Source of the DNA: Clostridiaceae bacterium
Lineage (GTDB): Bacteria > Bacillota > Clostridia > Clostridiales > Clostridiaceae
Reading direction: 5' to 3'
Assembly (NCBI GenBank): GCA_040797845.1
Contig: JBFNFA010000002.1
Span: 9,809 to 73,808, forward strand
DNA length: 64,000 nt
The notes beneath the pieces are model-generated. The model did not search any database, was not told the origin of the DNA, and saw only the letters and a program-made list of their open reading frames with translations. Below are positions 22,574 to 30,251 of the stretch, one piece after another; the first letter of the stretch is position 1; the number at the start of each line of letters is the position of its first letter. A program made the position numbers and the translations under genes.

Positions 22574-22589
22574 TTCATGACCCGTCCCC
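22574..22589. repeat. Single REP-like copy
   Basis: TTCATGACCCGTCCCC followed by AACTTC, the same flank as the copy at 33389-33410. Confidence 0.8.
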
Positions 22590-22609
22590 AACTTCCATCT
22601 ATATATTTT

Positions 22610-22658
22610 AAAGAGCTGTCAACTTGCTTATATAATTAATAGTCGACAGCTCTCTTTT
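22610..22658 (-). terminator. Terminator after the HD-GYP gene
   Basis: AGAGCTGTC...GACAGCTCT with A/T tails. Confidence 0.55.
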
Positions 22659-22667
22659 ATTCTTATT

Positions 22668-23726
22668 TCAAACTAAAGATAAAATTACAACACTTGGATT
22701 TAATATTAAGTCTATTTCATAAAATGGTATTGGTGATTTTGTTTTACTATCATATAATACCCTTACCACTGGTCTATCTGGGAAACCTTTATTTTGCCTT
22801 ACTACATACCCTTCTTCACCAGTTGAAAGGCTTACACAGCTACCTAATGGATAAATTGCAAAGGTTTCTTTAAAGTTCATTACAAGTTTTTCATCAAATA
22901 TTGCACCAGAACCTGCTAGAATTAACTCATAAGCATCATTAGGACTAAATTTTTTTCTATAACATCTATCATTACTTATTGCATCAAATACGTCACAAAT
23001 ACATACTACTTTAGCAAATTTAGAAATATTATTGTTTACTAGTCCATAAGGATATCCTCTACCATCAACTCTCTCATGATGCTGCTCAACAATATCAATT
23101 ATATCACCAGATATTGAATAGTTTTTTCTTAATATTTCCCCGCCATAAATCGTGTGTTTTTTTATTTCATTAAATTCTTCTTCGCTTAACTTATCCTCTT
23201 TATTTAAAATGGTTATAGGCACCTTAGTTTTACCTACATCATGAAGAACAGCTCCAATTCCTAAGTCTTTTATCTCTTTTTCTTTAAATCCAGCTGAAAG
23301 TCCCAGAAAAGAAGACATTATGCACGTATCCAAAGAATGAATATATGTATAATTATCATAAGTTTTGATATCATATATACTTTTGTTTACATCTCCCATT
23401 TCAATTATGTATTGCACAAGGTCCTCTACAACGTTTAAAGTCTGGCGTAATTCTTTGCCATTACAACTATGAATATTTTTAATTATTTGAGACATGCTTT
23501 GCATTGTAAATTGTTTTAATTCTACTAGTTGCTCATCTTCAAGGACTACATCTTCAAGTCTTTTATCTTCAATATAAACATAATATACGCCTATTTCTTT
23601 TAGTTTCTTTATATAGCTATTTGAAAGCTTAACTCCTGCTTTCAAGAGTATTTTCCCATCACTAGTTAAGATACTTTTTCCCAGTACCTCATTATTCTTT
23701 ACACGATTAATAAACTCAAGTCTCAT
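22668..23726 (-). CDS. HD-GYP domain phosphodiesterase
   Basis: YTYIHS, LHDVGK, HHERVDGRGYPYG; AAGGAG SD supports start at 23726. Confidence 0.92.
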   Translation of the reverse strand: MRLEFINRVKNNEVLGKSILTSDGKILLKAGVKLSNSYIKKLKEIGVYYVYIEDKRLEDVVLEDEQLVELKQFTMQSMSQIIKNIHSCNGKELRQTLNVVEDLVQYIIEMGDVNKSIYDIKTYDNYTYIHSLDTCIMSSFLGLSAGFKEKEIKDLGIGAVLHDVGKTKVPITILNKEDKLSEEEFNEIKKHTIYGGEILRKNYSISGDIIDIVEQHHERVDGRGYPYGLVNNNISKFAKVVCICDVFDAISNDRCYRKKFSPNDAYELILAGSGAIFDEKLVMNFKETFAIYPLGSCVSLSTGEEGYVVRQNKGFPDRPVVRVLYDSKTKSPIPFYEIDLILNPSVVILSLV

Positions 23727-23894
23727 GATTATTCTCCTTAAAAATAACATTTACATAAAAACAAGCATACTAATACTGGTTTAGTCATCTAACTATGATA
23801 ATAACATAGTGCATTCATGAAATAAATACAAAATTAGAATAATTTTGTCAAAAATATTGTTCAATTGGCAAAATAATTATAGGTAATACACACA

Positions 23895-24287
23895 TTATAA
23901 ATATTCATCTTTTTTCAACTTAATTTCTTCAAAAACTCTATTAATTTCATTTTTAATCAAATAGCAAATTTCGCTTAATTTATTTTCCAATTCTTCGATA
24001 TCTTCTATATAGTCAAACTTAATTAACCATGTTGGGTTATATTCATCATCTATATATTCTATATAATAGCCCTTATCCTTAAATATTTCCTCATTAAAAC
24101 AATCATAAATAGCAGTATATTCCCATTCCTCAACATCATCCTTTGTATCGAAGTATAAATTTATATTTTCTCCATCGTAGAAAAATTGAGTTATATATTC
24201 TGCTCCTTCATCAACCTTATAACTACCTAACTCTTTTACAAAAATGTTATTTTCTTTTTCCATTAAAATAAGTGATGAAAATTCCAT
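23895..24287 (-). CDS. Acidic hypothetical protein (Clostridial type)
   Basis: 130-aa ORF with GGGAGG SD; no motif securely recognised. Confidence 0.7.
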   Translation of the reverse strand: MEFSSLILMEKENNIFVKELGSYKVDEGAEYITQFFYDGENINLYFDTKDDVEEWEYTAIYDCFNEEIFKDKGYYIEYIDDEYNPTWLIKFDYIEDIEELENKLSEICYLIKNEINRVFEEIKLKKDEYL

Positions 24288-24453
24288 TTAAACTCCTCCC
24301 TTCTATAAATAATTTACTTTTTACCATTTTTTGTATATAATGTAATTGTATATTTATAATAAATATTATATATGTAATTAAACACAATTTATTTATCGTA
24401 GTAAATAGAAATTTATTAAATACTTGCAAATATTTTATCACGAGGTGACTTCA

Positions 24454-24807
24454 ATGAAAATAAAGAAAATGAAGAAAATCAAGAATAAACACAAGTATAA
24501 TTTAATTATATTTATAGTAATTTTACTGATTTTAGCTTTCATAAGAATAAGAATTATACGAATAAACAGCAGAGAAATAACTTATTCGGTAGAGAGATAT
24601 GTAACAAGTGGCATATTTAATCGTAATAAACTGAATCATGTGAACAACTTTCACATAACATTTTCTGATGGAAAAATTGCTGTTGTACAAGTTATTGGAC
24701 CACAAAAAAAGTCTCCTTACAAAAAGATAAAATATGATGTTCTAGTTGAGAAAAACTCAAAAGGAATTTGGAAAGTAAAAAAACTATACCAAATTCCTGA
24801 AAGTTAA
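24454..24807 (+). CDS. Hypothetical membrane-anchored protein
   Basis: GAGGTG SD before ATG 24454; basic N-terminus plus one TM. Confidence 0.65.
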   Translation: MKIKKMKKIKNKHKYNLIIFIVILLILAFIRIRIIRINSREITYSVERYVTSGIFNRNKLNHVNNFHITFSDGKIAVVQVIGPQKKSPYKKIKYDVLVEKNSKGIWKVKKLYQIPES

Positions 24808-24810
24808 TAG

Positions 24811-25230
24811 TTATTCTTTAACTAGGCAATCTTTGCAGACTCCTTTGAACTTTACATTAACCTCTTGTTCAGCTAGGGTAAATCCTGTTTTATTTTTAAT
24901 AATTTGTTCTAATTGTTGAATTGGGCAATCAATTTCAACTTCTTTATGACAAATAGTACATTCTAACAGATGGGTATGTTTATTATGATTTATTATATAA
25001 TTATATTTACCATCTCCAATATCAAATTTATCCACAATACCTTTGTTGTTCAACAATTCTAGATTTCTATAAACCGTAGATAAATCAATATTACATCCAT
25101 TATTCTTACACTTATCATGAATGTACTCAGCTGTTACCCCAACACTGCAATCTTTTAATACTTCAACTATTTTTATTCTTCCTTTTGTTATCTTAATATT
25201 ATTTAATCTTAGAAACTTATCTATGCTCAT
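24811..25230 (-). CDS. Fur-family transcriptional regulator
   Basis: KITKGR, LSTVYRNL, HTHLLECTIC, GVCKDC. Metal specificity cannot be assigned. Confidence 0.9.
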   Translation of the reverse strand: MSIDKFLRLNNIKITKGRIKIVEVLKDCSVGVTAEYIHDKCKNNGCNIDLSTVYRNLELLNNKGIVDKFDIGDGKYNYIINHNKHTHLLECTICHKEVEIDCPIQQLEQIIKNKTGFTLAEQEVNVKFKGVCKDCLVKE

Positions 25231-25292
25231 ATTATCACCTTATACTTATAATAAATTATTATATCATAAATATACTATATTAATCCTAATTT

Positions 25293-25844
25293 TTAAAAAA
25301 ACATCATTCTAATACCAAATAAAACCAAAATTATTCCTCCAATATAGTCCGCATACTTGCCAATCAATTCAATTCTCCTTAAATATTTAGTTATAAAAAA
25401 TGCCAATATTGTATTTACTAAAGTAATTAGGCCAATAATCAAAGTGCTGTTTAGCATTGTAATCTTATTACTAATATTATTTAATGCGGTAAATCCAACA
25501 ACTAAAGCGTCAATACTTACAGAAATCCCAAGAACTACCCACATCCCTGGTTTTACAAGGGTACACTCATCTTTATTATCCATTCCTTCTTTTATCATAA
25601 GAACACCCACTATGGATATTACAATTCCACCAATTATTTGTGGCATTGATACAATGTATTTATTGAAAAGAAAACCTGCATATGCTCCTATAAAAGAAAA
25701 GAAAAACTGAAAAAAACTAAAAGATAAAGAGCATAATATTTTGTATCTAATATTTACATTTTTATTTAAGCCAACACACAAGGCCACGCCAAAAGCATCT
25801 AATGATAGAGCTAATCCAATTAAAAATATTGAATAAAAAGTCAT
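25293..25844 (-). CDS. mntP: Manganese efflux pump MntP family
   Basis: LALSLDAFGVAL and GISVSIDALVVG duplicated motifs, six TMs. Confidence 0.82.
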   Translation of the reverse strand: MTFYSIFLIGLALSLDAFGVALCVGLNKNVNIRYKILCSLSFSFFQFFFSFIGAYAGFLFNKYIVSMPQIIGGIVISIVGVLMIKEGMDNKDECTLVKPGMWVVLGISVSIDALVVGFTALNNISNKITMLNSTLIIGLITLVNTILAFFITKYLRRIELIGKYADYIGGIILVLFGIRMMFF

Positions 25845-25865
25845 GACAAACCTCCATATGTAAGT

Positions 25866-27186
25866 TAGGGACGGTTCACACCAATTCCCTATTTTTTATC
25901 CTTTATATTTTACCACTTTTAATATATTGTTTAAATATATTCATTATGTCTATAATTATTAATGTCAATTTAAAATAAAATATACTTTAAATAAATAGAA
26001 AGGATGAAATAATTTGCCTAGAATTCCTAGAGTAAAGGTAGATAATGGAATATACCATGTTATAATGCGTGGACCTAAGGAAATAAATCTATTTAGAACT
26101 AAAAATGATAAGGATAAATTCCTTACTATATTAAGAAAATATAAAAATATATTCTTATTCGACGTACTTGCTTACTGTTTAATGGATACTCATATTCATC
26201 TATTGATTGATCCTAAAAATGCCGATATTAGTATGTTTATGAAATCAATTAATCAAAGTTATGCTCAATATTACAATAGAATATATGATAGATGTGGTCA
26301 TGTATTCATCGACAGATTTAAAAGTTTTGTAGCTTTAAAAGAAGAACAGATAGTTTCAATGTCAGCATATATACATAATAACCCTAAAGACATAAAAGGG
26401 TACAATAAGAGTGTTGAAAACTATGGCTATTCTAGCTTTGGAATATATATTGGCAAAACTAAGGATGAACACCAAATTATTAACTGCAGATTTTTATTAA
26501 ATTATTATTGTAAAGACCCAATTCAAGCTGCACAGCAATATTACTCCTATGTTAAAAATAGATGTACCGATAGAGATCAGTATATTCAAGATATCCTTGT
26601 AAATTTAAATGATAAGCTAAATTTAAAGTACAATTTATCTAACGATATCTCTTGTTATTATAGTGGAATAAAACCTCTGATTAAAGATATAACACCTGAA
26701 GAAGTTCTCAATTTCTTTTTTAAAGAATGCAACTTAGACAATACTCTCTTTAATATTAAATACAATAGAAAAATATCTAACTATAGAGCAATTATTGTTT
26801 TAGTACTGAGATCTTTTTGCAACTATACCTTTCAACAAATTTCTAATATAATAAATAATTTCACCCATTCATCTTTATCGCGGTTATGTACTAAGGGATA
26901 TTTCCTCATATCAAATGACAAATATTATAAAAATATAATAGATACCTTCTTAGAAAAATATTCTATTAATTATGATTATAAATATAGTTAATTTTTAAGA
27001 TTATGTTGTCAAAATATATACAAATAAATCATTATTGTACAACCTATAAAAATCTATAAAAACTATAAATATAAAATAAAGTTAAACTATTGGAGCATAA
27101 TAAAAAACAACTCATAAATTAAACTTGATTAGTCTAATTTATAAGCTGTCATTTATTAACTTTTTATAATTTATGAACCGTCCCTA
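25866..27186 (+). mobile_element. RAYT-REP module: HUH Y1 transposase gene bounded by a perfect 13-bp inverted repeat
   Basis: TAGGGACGGTTCA (25866-25878) and TGAACCGTCCCTA (27174-27186) flank the Y1 transposase gene. Confidence 0.75.
26014..26991 (+). CDS. REP-associated tyrosine transposase (RAYT, Y1_Tnp/HUH) with C-terminal helical DnaA_C-like domain
   Basis: MPRIPR, YHVIMRG, AYCLMDTHIHLL (HUH), YAQYYN, GHVF.DRFKS, YIHNNP (catalytic Tyr), YSS; extra ~120-aa C-terminal region. Confidence 0.9.
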   Translation: MPRIPRVKVDNGIYHVIMRGPKEINLFRTKNDKDKFLTILRKYKNIFLFDVLAYCLMDTHIHLLIDPKNADISMFMKSINQSYAQYYNRIYDRCGHVFIDRFKSFVALKEEQIVSMSAYIHNNPKDIKGYNKSVENYGYSSFGIYIGKTKDEHQIINCRFLLNYYCKDPIQAAQQYYSYVKNRCTDRDQYIQDILVNLNDKLNLKYNLSNDISCYYSGIKPLIKDITPEEVLNFFFKECNLDNTLFNIKYNRKISNYRAIIVLVLRSFCNYTFQQISNIINNFTHSSLSRLCTKGYFLISNDKYYKNIIDTFLEKYSINYDYKYS

Positions 27187-27190
27187 ATTC

Positions 27191-28033
27191 TTAATTAGCA
27201 GTAAACGTTACTTTACAAGCTGATAACTCAAATTCTTCCTCTTGTAACAAATCCTTTTTGAATACTAAACTTAGAACTCTTGCCTTATTTCCATTAACTT
27301 CAAAATCTTCTAACTCAAAGGATCCTGAGAGAATTGTTTTTCCCTCTGCAGTCGATATAGTTACTGGAAGTTTTTCTAATTTTACAGACTTATTAACTCC
27401 ATTTCTAACTATTAAAGTCATCAATAAATCATCATTTTGATATTGTGTTATAGTAAATACTGAAACACTAACTTGATTACGTTCTAATTTAGGCAAAGTT
27501 TTTATAAACTCTCTAAAAGTATTCGCTTCCTTCTCATCTAATCCTTCTGGAAGTTCTTCCAATTCAACATTTACATAGCTTACAGCTTTAATATTATCAT
27601 CAAAAACAATTTTCCAATCGTCTTGTGAGATTTCATCTACAGATACATTTTTCTTATCAAAATATATCTTCCAAGGTCTAGCTGAATAAGAAGGTATATC
27701 TCCCATTGCATTTAAATCAAAGATTTGATATGCCAATTGCTCTCCCTTAGAATTAACTATACAAAGAGGAACTTTATCTAAGTTTATTGCCTTTTTTAGA
27801 CCATTTACTATGTATATTTTTGCTTCAAATTTATCTCCATCATCAAAAATGTATACACCTGATACATTAACCTGTCCATCTTCTATTTGAGGTATTACTT
27901 CATTCATTTCATCTTCAAGATAATTTTTTTGAACATCAGATATCTTATCAAGAGTATCTTGATTTAATGAAAGCTGGATTTTTAATGGATCCATCTTGTT
28001 CATTTTTTGTGACCCGTCCCCATTATTACTCAT
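27191..28033 (-). CDS. SLAP-domain protein (S-layer assembly type, two repeats)
   Basis: Two similar halves (NGLKKAINLDKVPL..LA...FDL / NGVNKSVKLEKLPV..IL...FEL), YSARPW; GGAGG SD at ATG 28033. Confidence 0.75.
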   Translation of the reverse strand: MSNNGDGSQKMNKMDPLKIQLSLNQDTLDKISDVQKNYLEDEMNEVIPQIEDGQVNVSGVYIFDDGDKFEAKIYIVNGLKKAINLDKVPLCIVNSKGEQLAYQIFDLNAMGDIPSYSARPWKIYFDKKNVSVDEISQDDWKIVFDDNIKAVSYVNVELEELPEGLDEKEANTFREFIKTLPKLERNQVSVSVFTITQYQNDDLLMTLIVRNGVNKSVKLEKLPVTISTAEGKTILSGSFELEDFEVNGNKARVLSLVFKKDLLQEEEFELSACKVTFTAN

Positions 28034-28076
28034 TATTTGTCCTCCAATTCTATTACTACTATTCTATCTACATTCA

Positions 28077-29138
28077 CTAGTCTATACTAATTATTTCTAA
28101 ATCTTCTTCAGACGCTTCTTCTGCTATCTTATTTAATCTTGTTTCAACATTTTGTGATAACACACCAGTTTGTCCTATTAAAACTATATTTGAGCTCTTA
28201 TTTATATTGTTTTTTATAAACATTTCATATGAAAGCATATCTTCTTGAGCAGCTATGTTTCCACTTAAAACTAAAGGAGAACCGTCCTTAGCTGCTGCTG
28301 CTGAAGCTACTAATGCATCTGCAAAGTTCTTAACTCTATCATTACCGCCAGATGCTACATAAACCTTATCAAAAGAAATATCCTTTTTAAAATATTCTAG
28401 AACGCTTAAATTAGTTTTAAATCTATCCTTACCTTGAGCTATTCTATTACCATTAACTGAATTTATTATTGAATCTGGTAATATTCCGCTTCCACCAACG
28501 GCCATTACCTGTAATTTGTTATCATCAATTACTTTTTTAACTGCCGGATTTAATTTCTTTGAGTCAGATATTAATACTGGTACTCCTAATTTTGCTGCAA
28601 TTGACGCAACACTTAGAGCATCTGAATATCCATCTTGTCCATTAACTAATATAGCTTTATTAGCTCCAGTTAACTTTATTAATTCAGCTGCTACAACCGC
28701 ATTAGTATCGAATCTATTACCACCAGCTTTATGATGACGAACTACATTAAGATTATTTGATTTTAATGTAGAAAATATTGAGGCGCTAACAACTCCTTCG
28801 CCACCAACTATGTAAACATTTTTAGCTCCTATCTTTTTAATCGTCTCTAAAACACCATTAGGTAATTTATCTTTCTTAGTTAACAATATAGGCGCATTTA
28901 ATTGTTTTGCAAGTGGAGTAGCGCTAACAGCATCTGCATATCCTTCTCCATTTACTAAAACTACATTCTCACTGCTGCTAAACATGCTTTCAGCAACGCT
29001 TATTGCCGTTGTAAATCTATCTTGTCCACCAATTCTATTTACTGAAGCCGCAAATACACTAGTGGAGTTTAATACAGTTGATAAAATTAGCCCCATTGCA
29101 GCAATCTTTGCCATTTTGCCATATTTCTTTTGTATCAT
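28077..29138 (-). CDS. Cell-wall-binding repeat 2 (CWB2) protein
   Basis: Signal peptide; RIGGQDRFTTA, YADAVSA, PILLT, three repeats; AGGAGG SD puts the start at 29138. Confidence 0.9.
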   Translation of the reverse strand: MIQKKYGKMAKIAAMGLILSTVLNSTSVFAASVNRIGGQDRFTTAISVAESMFSSSENVVLVNGEGYADAVSATPLAKQLNAPILLTKKDKLPNGVLETIKKIGAKNVYIVGGEGVVSASIFSTLKSNNLNVVRHHKAGGNRFDTNAVVAAELIKLTGANKAILVNGQDGYSDALSVASIAAKLGVPVLISDSKKLNPAVKKVIDDNKLQVMAVGGSGILPDSIINSVNGNRIAQGKDRFKTNLSVLEYFKKDISFDKVYVASGGNDRVKNFADALVASAAAAKDGSPLVLSGNIAAQEDMLSYEMFIKNNINKSSNIVLIGQTGVLSQNVETRLNKIAEEASEEDLEIISID

Positions 29139-29269
29139 AATTCTCCTCCTAACATCAATTTTCATATTATCCATTATATTATAACATAGGAATTTATATA
29201 GACAAAGTTTCATAATAGAATATATTAATAGTTAATTAATGAATATGAGTAATATTTTTACACTTTTTA

Positions 29270-29998
29270 TTAGTATGAAGTAATATTTAGCGGTACATCG
29301 TAAGAATTATTTGATATATTTAATGTTGTTCTGCCTATTATTCTAGCTCCATCAATGCCATAAAAATATATCTGAACACTTGTCTTATCATTAATTACAT
29401 TTAATGATGGTTCACCTATATCAAATAAATGGTCATTTCCTTCTACCTTATACTTTCTTATATCATTTCTAGTAGTAGCTGTTATATTTATCGCCTTAAA
29501 AATATCCAATACTGGTGATACTTCTACCCTTGCCATAGCTGTATTCTCGCTTTGAATAGAAAATCTCATAATATTGTCTTTAGTTAAAAACTTTCCATCT
29601 TTTCCTTGAGCACCTTTTCTAACAGTTATTTGATATGTCTGTCCTTTTTTATAGCCACCTTTTGGCGGAATTATTTTTACAGACATATTATCATTTTGCT
29701 CAATACCTACTGGAACAGAACTACCTAAAATATTGTTATTAACTTCGTTTACTTGAATTCTATCTTTTACAGAATAAAATTCTACCGATGAATTAAATTT
29801 AATAGTCCAAACTTTATTCGTATCTGTTGTAGCTTTATTAAGCACCTCTTTTACTGTCTCTTCGTTGTTCGCTGCATAAACTACTCCTGATTTTTTATTT
29901 ATTAATCCATTAGGTAAATTAATCTGAACCGTCCCTAATATTAATACGAATAAAAATAAGACAAGTTTTTTATATTTCATATTTTTTTTCAAATTCAT
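29270..29998 (-). CDS. Secreted Ig-like domain protein (SbsA/Big_5-like)
   Basis: Signal peptide; NKVWTIKFNSSV, IIPPKGGYKKGQTYQITV. Confidence 0.75.
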   Translation of the reverse strand: MNLKKNMKYKKLVLFLFVLILGTVQINLPNGLINKKSGVVYAANNEETVKEVLNKATTDTNKVWTIKFNSSVEFYSVKDRIQVNEVNNNILGSSVPVGIEQNDNMSVKIIPPKGGYKKGQTYQITVRKGAQGKDGKFLTKDNIMRFSIQSENTAMARVEVSPVLDIFKAINITATTRNDIRKYKVEGNDHLFDIGEPSLNVINDKTSVQIYFYGIDGARIIGRTTLNISNNSYDVPLNITSY

Positions 29999-30021
29999 GC
30001 TTCCCTCTCCTTTCTATGTAT

Positions 30022-30141
30022 AATTAACAGAAGGAAAGTTCGCGAACTGTCCCTGACTTTTCTAAACTTTCCTCTGTTAATTCTTCAATTAATTATCACA
30101 AATTCATGAACCGTCCCTAAATTTACATGAACCGTCCCTGA
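30022..30141. repeat. REP-like cluster with an enclosing 18-19-bp hairpin
   Basis: Cores at 30044-30056, 30103-30118, 30126-30141; arms 30022-30040 and 30065-30082 enclose the first core. Confidence 0.85.
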
Positions 30142-30251
30142 ATTTATGAACTCACTAAGCTTTGAACTTTGCAACAATAATTATAACATTCATTTAAAAA
30201 TATGAATACTATATTTGTTTAATAAATAATAATGATGTTTGTACATATTTA

